Source: Octopus vulgaris | Taxonomy: Eukaryota | Length of the DNA: 64,000 nt | Reading direction: 5' to 3' | Assembly (NCBI GenBank): GCA_951406725.2 | Contig: OX597825.1 | Span: forward strand, 26,102,001-26,166,000 | Shown here: piece after piece, positions 12,916-26,532 of the stretch | How the letters are laid out: each line of letters starts with the position of its first letter | Position numbering within the stretch: position 1 is the first letter of the stretch | Position numbers and translations under genes: made by a program | The notes under the pieces: generated by a model | What the model was told of the DNA's origin: nothing | The model's input: the letters and a program-made list of their open reading frames with translations, nothing else | Databases searched by the model: none

Positions 12916-13283
12916 TGTAGGGATGGGTGGATGGATGGATGGATGGATGGATGGATGGATGGATGGATGGATGGATGGATATCTATAAACAATGGGAAGT
13001 AGTGATGAGAATTACAATTATAAAGAAAATTGCTGCGTCACAAGACCCTTCTGTCTGTTATGAGAAAATACTGTAGTCTAACGTTTGTAATGTTATGATT
13101 TCAAGACCTACGCTTAACATGTTTATCCCAGTTATTAGGGAGAAAAAACTCCGTCTACGAAAGTTAAAAACATCTAAATCTCATAAAGGATACAGCTTCA
13201 ATAATACCAATTAGATTTTTGATAATGAGTGGTTCGATCTTCAAATTGTTTACACGTGAGCAGTTAATATTAAATGGATGAGA

Positions 13284-13482
13284 AGGCGGTGAGCTAGCAG
13301 AATTGTTAGCACGCTGGGCAAAATGTTGAGCGGTATTACTTCCATTTTGTCGTTTCACTGAGGTCGACTTTGCCTTTCATTCCTTCAGGATAAAAGATAA
13401 GTTCCAGTTGCGTACAGGGTTCAATGTAATCGATTTACCCCATCCCATGCGATTACTGAAAATGTGCCAGATTTTGAAACTG
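13284..13482 (+). mobile_element. SINE family B (tRNA-like head GGCGGTGAGCTAGCAGAA)
   Basis: Head, GAGGTCGACTTTGCCTTTCAT core, and a tail ending TTTGAAAC. A similar copy lies at ~23808-24020 (+). Confidence 0.8.
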
Positions 13483-16400
13483 ATAATAAACGGAAGACAA
13501 CAATTACAGAAATGATGAATTAGTAAACGAGCGACTTCAGATAAAGACAACTACCTCTGTCTTCCCCCAGTAAGTCACTAGATATTACAACTGCAGTAAC
13601 ATCCTACTGCTATATATGAAAAGGTGAACACACAAATAAGCTGTCCCTACATATTGACTGATACAGTCAGGGTTGGAATACCTCTCGTTATCAGGCCCGC
13701 TCAATCGGTGATCGGCCGGGACTAACAACAGTTACAATACAGTATAACCTACTAGTTCATAAGAGTAAGATAAGCACATTAAAAAATTAGAATTTTACAC
13801 TGCTACTGGTCACTATCCTACGATTAATCAGCATAGGCTTGAAAATCCCGTATTGTTTTCCATAAGATACATTCGCGTTAATGTTGAACAAAAAAGCATG
13901 AGGCCTGTTAATTCAACCATGACATCGTGAGTTTCGTCTCTCTTCTTACAGAAGTTTCGTTGTGTCTTGAGGCTGGCAATTCATTCCGCTCCAGTAAACA
14001 CATTTGGCAGAAACCGGTTTTAAATCTTACAGAGCACCTGTCTGGCGCCAAATTAGTTCAGCTTCGTTGGCGAGTTAATGGAACATTCCCAAAACCGTAA
14101 ACCATTTAATGCGATACTTTAAAGACTGAACTGCAATATCCTACCTAAAACACCATTTTTCTTTCTTTTGGTTAGCATTTTCAACTGATAATCTGCTTAT
14201 CTCAGATCATGCACATACGGCGCTGAGCTGCTGCAAATATCCCACACCACCACCACCATCACCAGCACCACCACTAGCACCACCACCACCACTAGCACCA
14301 CCACCACCACCACCACCAAAGTAAATGTGAACAGCTGCAATAACATGATGGACAATAACGGCAACTCCTTAGTTTTCATTCAAAACATTTCGAGAAAATG
14401 AAATTACGTGTCTGTTGGAATGCGCCATGTGATGAAGGTATATTTCTCTACCTTCTGCCTTCAACTACCACTGTTTTCAACATTCTTTGAAAGCTTAACC
14501 TCTATGCCTGACTACCAAGAAATGGCAACCAACTTTCTATACTGTCATACTCAGATACGACAAGGACATTAGGTAAAGCACTTCAAGACGTATGACACAA
14601 ATGACATGTTCAAAACCGAAATGGTTTTTATCTTAGATCCGCCGCTATATCTAGGAGGATTTTGATATCAATAGTTATTTTTACTATTTGCAAAAGATCT
14701 GATATTTTTGGGAGGCGGGGCCAGTTGATTTCATCGACCCCATTGCCGAACTAGTATTTGTTTCATTAACCCAGGAAGAATGACAGAAAATGTCAACCTC
14801 GGTGGCATTTGAACTCAGGACGTAAATCCGTAAGAAATGCTGCTAATCCTTTTACCGCTAAAGATGATAGCATCTCACTCCCTCGTTTTCATTTACTTAA
14901 CAAGACGGTTACCTCTACAGCTTCAAACGATCTTCTAGAAATTGAACACAAAATTTCACAAATAGCACATATCGACCAATGAAATCTAAGATGCATTATT
15001 TATGGATCCCTACACCCAAAGATGATGCTTATGCCTGGCCTGGCACACCGTTAAGCATGGTTTTTATTTGATCAGGTCTGACATTAGGTTTAACAAATGC
15101 TTTTATGATATGAATGTCTGGCAAAATGGCATAGAAATTCCTATAACGGTTCTTTATTACAGTAACATATATAAAATATCACCGCATTCTGGACATATTT
15201 CATTAAAGATTTCTACGAAAAATCGTCAAATTTAGTTCACGTGGTAAATTTCCAAATATCGGCTACTACAGAACATCGATTCGATTCTTGATATTCGGAT
15301 GACAACCTCTCTTTATGCAAATGCAGGGAAAACGTTCACACCAGAAAAAAAGGAAAAAAGCAGCCATCGGACGCTGGTGTCGGACACTCCAAGAAGGGTC
15401 CAAATGCTCCTTGTTCAGTGTAACAGGAGATGGAAAAATTTATAGAGGGAGATTACTGCTTTATAGTTTTCATCACATGGGAGACTGTAAATCTATGCTG
15501 GATGTATAAATTCAATCAACTCACCTGCAAATGGTGGTGATTGCAGATTTAACGCAAGTGCTGATGATTGTGAATAAGAAGATGATAAGAGGCATGATAA
15601 GGAAGTGATGCTAAAGTAACACAAGACATGTACAAGACGGTAAATGTTGACAGGGAAAAGAAATTTCGATAATAATATCGAAGAGAAGAGCAATATCCGA
15701 CCGAGCACAAAATATCTAACATGATTACTTTTGCCTCAATTAGATTATAGGAAATATCAATTAAAAACAAATATTAAATATTAAAAAAATAATCATAGTA
15801 CTTTCATGCGTTATTAAATGATAAAGATAACAATATTATTGATAATGATAATGAAAATTACATGATAACGAAAAGGAAAAAATAATCAGAGTGAATAATA
15901 AAAGTAATAATAATAACGTACATGATAATAATAATGATACTAATTATAATTGTTAAAAAAATAACTATAGTAAATACAACCATAATAATAATGAAAACGA
16001 CAATAACTGAGTTGATAAGATTATTGTTAATCTGTTTAAAGCAGAAATATTTCATCGTTAATTGCAATTAGTCGAGTTTATCGTCACATTAATAGAAGAA
16101 ATTCTAATTAAACATCCTCTAACGGGTTGATATAATTTCATAACTTGCTCATAATCAATAATAGGCTTGTCAATAAATAAAATAATTGAATAAATATACA
16201 AAAGATTTCAAGAATTAATAAGGATTTTTATTCTGTAGTAAAATAAACGAAAGATTCTAGAGTCAATAAACAAAATAAGTAAGCAAAACTATCCTTGGAG
16301 TTATACTGAAAATATTCCAGCTTCTGTTATGGAGTAAACCACTGAGGCTACAACTCTCTTCAAATAAGCGAAACATTTTCTAATCAAATACTGAAATACA

Positions 16401-18043
16401 TTCATATTTCGAAATCACAATGAAATTCAAGTTTACTACTTTTCTTTCAAATCCAATGGTTTTCTATAAACAGTGGTGACATAAGATGTACTCTCTACAG
16501 CAATGAAGGAGAGTCGTTGATTCAGATATTCTGTATTAAAGCAACCGTGTATTATAAAAAATATTTTTTTATTTTAAACGCAGGGATGTCATACAATCCC
16601 AAAACGATTTTTCTAAGACTGCATTGTTTTTCACCCGATATATTTCACAGGATTCTACGTAAAACTTGTTTATTCTATCACTGGCGTTTTCCGTAAAGTT
16701 CAATAATTTGAGCCTTGTGCTTAGGCATGCAGTTGTTGTCTAACTTTCCTCTTGTTTGAGATTCTGTTACTTTGAAGACTTCACAAAATGCAAAGGTGTC
16801 GCATGCATGACGTCCATAATTGCCAATGCTGAATATATATTGATAATGGCTTTATAAGACGAGGTGCATTTTGGGATGGCTAGAATTTAAAGAAGAAGAG
16901 AGGAAAAAGTTTGAAGCTTAAAGAAAAATTATTCATATAGAAATATTGGGGGACATCGATGCACAGCACACCTGAGCAAATGGCATAGGTGACGTTTGAT
17001 AAGTGCAAATATTCAGGAGTTTAGCACAAGTTAAAGACGACTGAAATGTCAGCGGAAAACTAGAAAACTAGAAAATCTAAAGTGGAACGTTTGAAGTTAC
17101 TTCAGAATTCACGATGTGTAGATCATCGAACAAAATTAATAACTGAACTACTAAGTGCATTATGAGATTATGTATATATAAAGTACATCTTCTTTATTAT
17201 TTCTACAACATAATGCCAACAGATTCTGGCCAGAGCAGTCACATGGCCTCGGGATTACAGACTTAGAAGCATAAATTGTCTTATGGTCATAAGATCTGTG
17301 TTCAACAAACAAGGACTATTTAAACTCTATTATAAGAAAAACTGCAACGAATATATTTTCTTAGTGTAAAATTAAATCGATCATGCTGTCTCATAATACT
17401 CAGACAGGAGACAATAAATAGGCACATTTTGAGAGGTATCTGGACAGGGATATCTGCTAAGAGATGAGCATCATCTCCCAAAAGAAGAACATATGAGTAA
17501 TATTGCGACCAGTGTTAAGAATTTGAAAAGCTTTCTGCGTAGGTTTACTTCAAAATATCTGAAATGCGGAAATTGAAAATCCAAAATGACAATGATATTT
17601 TGATAGAGTGAAAGAAATATTGCAACGACACAAATAAATGCCATTTCAGATATATTCGCGAATGCAGTAACGCAGGTCTGAATTAAATATTGGATTAAAA
17701 TATATTGTAAGAAAGGAGGTGGTAACAAGTCATATGTATAAATATTATTGATGCCTAATATCTGCTGCTTTCATTACACCAACACTACTATCACTTACAC
17801 GTCTCTGCTTCAGCTGGTACTTGAAAATCTTGATAAAGGGACGATGGTTGCAACTATTACTATGTAATATATGTTCCCAATAAACAACGTTCAATTAAGA
17901 AGCAAACAGACTATAAAGCAGACTGACGATGTTGGCATGAGGATTCGCACTAAGCCCTGTATGGGAAAAGGATCTGTTAACGATAGTTTTACATTATTTC
18001 ACAAGTGTATGGAAAAAGTGGCATCGTCATTCTACATGTATCT

Positions 18044-18257
18044 ATTTCTTTACTACCCACAAGGGGCTAAACACAGAGGGGATGAACAAGGACAGATTAT
18101 ATCGACCAAAGTGCGTAACTGGTATTTAATTTATCGACCCCGAAAGGATGAAAGGCAAAGTCGACCTCAGCGGAATTTGAACTCAGAACGTAACGGCAGA
18201 CGAAACATGGCTACGCATTTCGACGGCGTGCTAACGTTTCTGCTAGCACACCGCCTT
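18044..18257 (-). mobile_element. SINE family B with 17-bp target-site duplication
   Basis: TCATTCTACATGTATCT occurs at 18027-18043 and 18261-18277, flanking a near full-length copy. Confidence 0.92.
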
Positions 18258-18328
18258 GCATCATTCTACATGTATCTCAAACAGGTTTGGCTAATGGCAG
18301 TTAAGTGTCTGTATAGCATAATCTATAA

Positions 18329-18488
18329 GGAGTTGTACGTACGGCGTTGCACCACCCCTCACTACCGGAGCCTCCTGGAGCTTAGGTGTTTTTACTCAAT
18401 AAACACTCACAATGCCCCGTCTGGGAATCCAAACCGCGCTCTTACGACCGCGAGTCCGCTGCTCTAACCACTGGGTCATTGCGCCTCC
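18329..18488 (-). mobile_element. tRNA-derived SINE family C (Arg-like head)
   Basis: Minus strand GGAGGCGCAATGACCCAGTGGTTAGAGCAGCGGACTCGCGGTC..GGTTTGGATTCCC, with A/B boxes followed by a non-tRNA body. Confidence 0.75.
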
Positions 18489-19677
18489 GCGCTGTTGCTG
18501 TTGCATTTCTGACTAAAGAACTTGCTAATATTTACCAGTCTAGTCAGTAATTCTTTGAAGCAGAGGCATTTTGGTTAGGCTATAATACATTCCCAAAACT
18601 ATACATTTATCAGCTTCTGTCGGCCATCAACATTTGATTCCTCTCATTTCGCATTTGATATTTCTCTGTCCCTATACACAACTAAGCTGTCTCGTTGAAG
18701 ATCACTACTTTCGTAGGAGCGCCAGCCTAACAACAAACCGCTGCCTTCATAATTGCTTCACCTTATAATCTGAAGCAAGGAACCCACACAATTTGGACGG
18801 TTGTTCCGACTCAAATAATCACTCCTATTCCTTCAGTTAGACAGGTTTCGACTTGATTTATGATGTATCATGTGAAGGCGGTGCCATTATTTGCCTCAGC
18901 AGGTACGACCTTTTCGTAGAAATGTGAATCAGGTGATTACAGACATATTGATAACGAAACGTTTTACTCTGTGTGATTTTCGTACTAATCAATATAACGT
19001 TAGAGCTAATATAATCGCTAAATAGAAATTATATTAAATTTTGAAGAGAACATAACTACAGGTTGCATGCACTTGTGATAATAGGTTAACCTAACCTTTG
19101 TATAATGATATTCAACGTTGAGGATATCGAAACACGCATGGAAAAACGATCAGATCTAACATAAAACCATGTCTTATTTTTAATACTCGCGTGTGCTTTA
19201 CAGTACAAATCTTTGGCGCATTTATATGCGTGAGGTCATTTTTATGTTACAGTTTTTATAAAGGCATAGGCGGCAATAATTCAGTATTGTCATCGCAAGC
19301 AAGTAGTAGTGGAACAATTGATCAGTCAGGTCCGGTCCGGTCCACAATTAGATTGATCTGTATGTCCTAACTTTTGTTTGATTAAGAAGGACACAACCGC
19401 TTTTCAGTGATTTTTGTGTTATAAATTTGTTCACGTGCATTGAATCATACAAGTTAAGTTCAGTCTCCTCTACCAATATATGATCTGTCATCTTCAGTAG
19501 CGTAGTACTATTGATTGTTTTCAGGAAATTAAATCCAGCCGCGATAGATCCGAGTGGCCACAGGTCAATCTGGTGGGCATCGCAATTAAATGCATTGTGT
19601 AATTGTCAGTGAATTGATGAGAATAAAGATCAGCTTCACAAAGGACAGAGACGAATTTATACACGGTCGAAAATATG

Positions 19678-19716
<39 letters not shown>

Positions 19717-19750
19717 TATATATATATATACATATATATATAAACATATA

Positions 19751-19883
<133 letters not shown>

Positions 19884-20952
19884 GTGCATATGAATACGCA
19901 CGCACAGCAGAAACACACACATATGCGTACGTGTGTATGTATCAATACATGATTTTAGATATATCTCCATTGCTCTCTTCGTCTTTCTCTCTCTCTCTCT
20001 GTCTCTCTCTCTCTCTCTCCCTCTCTGTCGTTCTAACCGCCTTCAGTTCGCAGTGCGTATTTCCGAAGTTATTTAATCGCTATTGTTAATATTTTCATTT
20101 ATCATGTCCGTGCTTTATAATGTTTGAGGCAGATTATTCGTAAACGAATGAGTAATAAAGCTGCGCAACTCGTTCAAATCTCAGACGTCACTATTCCCCA
20201 TCCCCTTCTCTTTTTTCCTACTTTGTGATTCCCAGTTCCATTGACAGCAACGATTCCATTGCTGTATAGTCTTTACAGTACATATGGTCTTCATTTAACC
20301 TTTCCTAATTAGATTTTCACCAAGGACACATTAATCTTGGCAGTGCCCTGAAAGAATCTCATCGGTACACTTTCGAAGAGCCACGTTCACCATGTTCAGA
20401 ATACACGAAGACTTTTTGGAAGTTGATATTTGAAAATGATGATTGGGATTCACATAGATATTTTCCATGCTACAACACAGATATTTCGAGACAGAGTAAC
20501 TCGTTCTAATGTTCAATATTGATGATATTTTTTATGAAACCTCTTATATATGTTGCAAGTTGAAACGCCGTTCAATTTTTTACTGCTATAGAACAGTGTA
20601 GAAAAGTCAACAGCCTCATGCTCAGAGAGACACGACTGGAATCGAAGATTAGGGTTGTGAAATACAAAGTCTGAGATTTGCCCAGGTTTTCTTATTTATG
20701 CTGCGCAGAGTTGGTATAATATATCATGTCTGAGTGAGCTGAGTTTGGAGAAAATATTTCTGTTGTAAATTGTAAAAGCGCAACACCAAATTCTTTGGTG
20801 TCTCATCATATATCCCTGTTAGAATAGTTACTACTCTGATCTCTGAGATTTTACAACGAGGTATTTTGTTTCTGGGCAAATCAGCGACTGATTGTCGCTT
20901 AATTTACAATATATTACTGGCTGGAATGGACCCAGGCTATCGCTCCGGCGGT

Positions 20953-21013
20953 CAGATGCTTGCGACTGAGGACGAGCCAACCAGCTCGAAACTGAATCAG
21001 TCTCGTGATCCTG
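20953..21013 (+). ncRNA. Type I hammerhead ribozyme motif
   Basis: Stem I TTGCGA/TCGTGA; core CTGAGGA (20966-72); one extra C; stem II GAGC-caacca-GCTC; GAAA (20988-91); stem III ACTG-aat-CAGT; GTC cleavage triplet ending at 21002. Confidence 0.8.
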
Positions 21014-21129
21014 TTGTTTGCTAGAGGATAGTAGGAAGATCTGCCTATGCATATGTACATATACACACACAATACACACACACACACACACGCATATATA
21101 TATGTATATATATATATATATGTAAATGT

Positions 21130-21331
21130 AAAAAAATACAACCTGGGACAAGAACGTAAAACAGTTAGGAGACGATACTAAAAACACGGACGGGACATTC
21201 AAAGCCGTCAATCTTCAGTCAAGAAGCGGATCATCCTCGCAATTTCGGCTGATTAATCTTGAAATTGCTCCGATCTGGCCAGCCCCAAAGGAAAATCTAA
21301 GCAAAGCGCATTAGATTCCTTGGAAGAAAGC

Positions 21332-21334
<3 letters not shown>
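21130..21334 (-). repeat. ~200-bp structured dispersed repeat between (TA)n tracts; diverged homolog at ~53700-53915 (+)
   Basis: Both copies share, in order, GCTTAGATTTTC, CCGAAAYTGC, GACTGARGATTGA and TTACGTTCTTGT. Confidence 0.65.
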
Positions 21335-21380
<46 letters not shown>

Positions 21381-23116
21381 TCAATAGTTATTAATTACAA
21401 ATAGTCCTTGAATTTAGTTGCAGCTGAAATTGCTTTCGTGGGGTTTGCACCAGATGGTTGCTTTTAGCAATGTTTGATAAAATATTGTGTTTTTGTACAG
21501 TACATGAAAGGGTATATGTGTGTGCGCGCGTGCGTGTGTGTTTGAGACGAATTTGTTTTTCTTTTTTGTTCTTCGTTCTCGTGAGTTCATTCAATGGATT
21601 ACTATCGCACTACAACACCATCTAGTAATTAAACTGATTATATTGAGAAGAAAACCTTGATATTTGTCATATTAGAAAACAGTATTCGGTGCATTGATAA
21701 AACAGATAACAGCGTGTAATTTTGCATTCTACTTATATATATATATATTTCTATATATAAAACTAGATTAGATCACAAATCAGTTAAAGGTTAACAACAG
21801 TTGCCTTATATGCATGTTTTATTCTATTTTAACGATTACATCATATAAAACCGTTCGGTTTTGTCAGGTTATTAAAAATTTAGTTCGGAGAAAGAATACC
21901 TCAAGTTACGCATCCTTAAAGTGAGTGACAGCAAACTAATGGTTAGCTAGATGTAACCGGCTGAGATATCAGAGGTCAATGGGCCATAAAGCAATCACCG
22001 GACAGAGCCACAACAAATTTCTTCAAATGGGACTCGACAGATGACCTGATATAAATTGATGTGAGGAAGACAGAGAGAAAGAATAGGGCGGAGAAGAAAA
22101 AGGGGGCATGAAATATAAGCTAACATCAACTTAGACAGTATTTGCTATATTTTTGTAACGATACCCATAAACATTTGGGTGTATTTGTAAGATGTGGATA
22201 TGTGGGTATATATGTGAGTATGCGCACGTTGTATATACATGCATATTTTGATATGCATGCGTAGATTCGATACGTTTACACATGAAATAATTGTTCCTAA
22301 ATACTTAAAGGAAACTAACTTTGAAACTTTATAATTACACATCCCAATACACAATTATTCCTTTTCTCAATGATTTGTGGAAACGTATTCTCACATCACC
22401 GAAATGTTAAGCCATATCTTATCAAAAGAAAATACAATTATATATATTAAACATCATATAAAAATCAATCTTAATATCATATAAAAATCAGTCTTTTATA
22501 AAAGAGAAAAAAAAAATGGCATACTCATAAAATTTTGTTTTAAATTGCCGTCATTACTAGTTGAGGAATAAAAGTTTACACTTTATAGAATCTCCTGATT
22601 CTTTTAAAATCTTGGTATGAAATAATTTGTACCATTAATTACAAGACAAAATATAAAAGGTACTAGTATAATTTGAATTTTAGTTTGTAATGTTAATTAG
22701 AATACGCATTCTTTTCATCGATAATGATAATTATATTCTCGTAACGCTCACTTCAACTGTAGATCAAATTTCCTTCTCATAAATTAAGAAGAAAAGTAAT
22801 GATTGAAAAACTCGGAGAGAAACTACGTGAAAAAACCTTAAAAGTAAAGTTATATGAAAGGAATAGAATGAAATTATTACTTATTAACACACACACACAC
22901 ACGCGCATGTATTCACACACACTTGCGCAGCACACACACATACAGACATGCGTCAGTGTTTGTCTTTGTGTTATTGCATGCATTTATATTTGCATATATA
23001 TACATACATACATACACACACACATATATATATATATATGTATATATATATACAAACTTGTACTTTTATATGAGTGCGTGTGAGTGCATGCGTGTATGCA
23101 TTCATGTACGTAACGT

Positions 23117-23160
<44 letters not shown>

Positions 23161-25540
23161 GCATTGTAATGAGGGTGTTGAAATGACTCAAACCTGAAAT
23201 TGATATGCTATACGCGAAGTATATGCAACTTTTATCTCGAAACGTATTATTATCATCATCATCACCACCACCACCTCCACCACCACCACCACAACCACCA
23301 TCATCATCATCATCATTATTATTTCTATTATTAAATATCGTCGTCTTCACAGTTATCAATTTTTTCACATGTTTCGAAGCACCCAAACTATCAAAGTTTG
23401 AATGATTTTCGTCGGACCATGCGTAAAAAAAAAGAGGAATGAAATCACGAAATAAATATCTTTAATGGCCTTACGAACATACCCTAAGTTAGCAATGCGA
23501 CATTGCACACATACATTGAATAATCATGCACGCGTACAGACACGCACACATTGAATAATCATGCACGCGTACAGACACGCACACTTTGGATAATCATGCA
23601 CGCGAACATATACGCGCACATGCGCACATATACAGACTGATTAATCAAATTCGTATATGAACAAAAAGAGACAAGATATGAAAAGATAGCAAAGTTAATA
23701 TTAGGAATAGAACAATAAGTTGTACAATTAATCAGGAAACTAGAACAGAGAAGGGTTAAATTTAATCCAGAAGAAAATAGAGTATATATAATATTAACCG
23801 TGCCATTAAAGCAGTGAGCTGGCAGAATCGTTAGCTCTACGGCCGAAAAGCTTAGCAGCATTTCGTCGTCTTTGCGATTTGAGTTCAAATGCCGCCGGTT
23901 CCCCTTTGTCTTTTATTCTTTCGGAGTCTATAATATAAGTACCAGTTGTACCCTGAGGTCGATGTAATCAACTCACGCGCATCTCCGAAATTGGTAGCCT
24001 GGTGCCCAAATTTGAAACGAATATTAGATCTAGTAAATTGTAGTAAATTGTAAATTGACCGAGAGGGAAATCTGCTTTTTGTGTTACAACAGTTCAAGCG
24101 TACGATACAAGCAAAATGAGTAGGAACATTGATACTCCATCGAATTAAACTTGATTATGAATGGACAGATGAAATGAATTCGATTCAAGCGCACTAAATC
24201 TACATTCAACCTTAATTTATTTGACGTTATATCACCATTATTGTAAGAGGTTTCGAATGGGACAATCACTAAATTGTTCTGTAGGTGGCAGGCGTGACGA
24301 TTGGATGTGTAACTCGATGCAGAAAATTTTAGGGGTCTTCCTTAAAAAAAAAATGTGTTTTTATTTCTCGCCAATGCTTATAATTTTCGCTAACGTACTC
24401 TGTCAGAAAATAAACATCCATACCCAGGCAGACATGTTTCTACATGGTTTCCCCTTAAATAAACCACGATCATACATTATGAAGCAACACAACAAGGGGA
24501 AGCGATCACTGGCTCAAGGTGCATGTCTTCTATATATTATGGTTTTCTTAGTGAACCCCTATACAGGAAAGCATTCTCAACGGAACGCGATTACAGTATA
24601 TAGCCCTATAATTTCACATTCAATTTTACATATCTTTTAGTTCGTCGTTCATGATGTTCCCTCTCTGTTCTCCAAGTGAATATAAGATATATATTGTGAC
24701 TTGATTAAGGATATTGGCGAGGAATTTTAGTGTAAGCGTCCATGGGACCTTGCGGGTTATGTGATATTTCTTATAACAAAATACTTAACTTCTCGAAAGA
24801 TATTTCAGTTATTGATTGCAAAGGACAACTCAAACTGAAAAGGACCATTTCGACCGAAAAGAACCACACAGTTTGAAGAAGACTACTCATTTTGAAAAGC
24901 CCCACTCAGGTTGAAAAGGACCACTCAGATTTTCATGTCATACTTAAAACATAATCTGCAATGCTCAGCGGCTCTATGCGTTGATACAGATGAAAATGTT
25001 TTCTAGAATAAATGTTTACGTGTTCCGAGATAAATTGACTTAAGTTTTAAGTGTAAATCTTTGTTGAAAGTTTACACGTCTTGGTTAGTCCATTATGAAA
25101 CCGATGAAAAAACAAAAATCTCTCACGATGATTTCATTTGCAAAATATTCTATTTCAACATGATAGTTACAATAGACGGTCTGTAATGTCGTTTCAAATA
25201 TAATTAAATTCTGGATACTGAGGTATGTTAAAAATAATATATTTCTTTAAATTAGATACATATATATATATATACATGAAATAAATCGGTAATTCGTTTC
25301 CTGTGGCGCACAGAATTCTTTCTTACAAGCATGTAAAGTCTGAGGACATATTGAGATCATACCAACATGTTTACGATCGGTAACTTCTATTTGCAAATTG
25401 TTTGTAAACATGCGAGTATACGACGTATTCATTTACAGACGAAATAGACAAAATAGTGTTTATGAAAAATATAATTACACTCAGAGAGACACACAGGTAC
25501 GCAAGCACAACACGCACATACACATACAGATACTGCAAAG

Positions 25541-25868
25541 TGTGAAGGCGCATGGCTTAGTGGTTAGGGTATTCACCTCAAGATCCTAAGGTCGTGAGTT
25601 CAATTCCTGCCGACGCGTTGTGTCCCTGAGCAAGACATTTTATTTCACGTTGCTGCAGGTCACGCAACTGGAATTATAAGTCGTACCTGTAATTCAAAGG
25701 GTCGGCTTTGTCACATTCTTTGTCACGCTGATATCTCCCTGAGAACGAACATTAAGGGTAGGCGTGTCTGTGGAGTGCTCAGCCGCTTGCGCATAAATTT
25801 CACGAGCAAGCTGCTCTGCTGATGAGAATAACTGGAACCCTCGTCGTCGTAACCGACGAGATGCCAGT
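25541..25868 (+). mobile_element. tRNA-derived SINE family D (full length); inverted copy at ~26560-26866
   Basis: GGCGCATGGCTTAGTGG (A box), GAGTTCAATTCC (B box), TGAGCAAGACA, and tail GGAACCCTCGTCGTCGTAACCGACG. The tail alone also occurs at ~32225-32262. Confidence 0.88.
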
Positions 25869-26137
25869 GAATACAAAATACTACGTAAATCAGAAACAAT
25901 TGAGATAAAATATGAGAAAATTTCACAATAAGTTATTAAATAAAAATTTAATAACTTTCTATGTATACTGTTTTGTGTGACGGAAACAGAGCACGACAGC
26001 TTCCTGACGAACCATTTTACGATTTGTGGACCACGTCACAGGGAAAACGAACCTATCTTCCTTATTTTTATTGTTGTCGATAAGTAGTATAGTAGTATAA
26101 ATCACCTACTATATAGAACAGTGTAGAATTATTATTT

Positions 26138-26532
26138 TATTCTCTCTTTTACTGGCTTCACTCATTTGACTGCGGTCATGCGGGAGCACCAACTTTAGTC
26201 GAACAAATCGACACCAGCACGTATCCTTTGTAAGCCCACTACTAATTATATCGGTCTCTTTCCTGAGCCGCTAAGTTACGGGGACGTAAACACACCAGCA
26301 TAAGTTGTCAGGCGATGGTGGACACACACACACACACACACACATACACACATATATATATATATATACTACAGGCTTCTTTTCGTTTCCGTCTACCAAA
26401 TCTACTCACAGGGCTTTGGTCGGTCCTAGGCTATTAGTAGAAGATATATGCCCAAGTTACCAGGCAGTGGGATTGACCTCAGAACTATGTGGTTGGGAAT
26501 CAAGCTATTTACCACACAGCCACGCCTGCCCC
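26138..26532 (-). mobile_element. SINE family A, full length, diverged
   Basis: Head, internal (TA)(TG) tract, body and tail colinear with 1021-1436. Confidence 0.85.

Noticed and set aside
15370-15480. QCNRRWKNL-like stretch resembling a Myb/SANT (Harbinger-associated) domain
   Set aside because: Too short and interrupted by stops to support a call.
16860-17870. Purine-rich, coding-like non-repetitive stretch
   Set aside because: All frames are interrupted and I recognise no motif or convincing exon boundaries; possibly an ancient transposon.
17871-18467. 198-aa ORF (similarly 1212..1649, 29336..29719, 57201..57671)
   Set aside because: It runs antisense through SINE copies, one bounded by a TSD; chance open frames.
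21186-21260. Type II/III hammerhead from GAAA and CTGAAGA motifs
   Set aside because: No stem III or UH site can be formed; GAAA is sequestered in another hairpin and the downstream motif is GAAT. Kept only as an unclassified structured repeat.
24328-24562. Possible Tc1/mariner MITE with degenerate TIRs
   Set aside because: The TIR match is too weak to define boundaries by eye.
25541-25615. tRNA gene (also the heads at 18420-18488, 33868 and 59230-59302)
   Set aside because: A/B boxes run directly into SINE bodies and the cloverleaves are incomplete.
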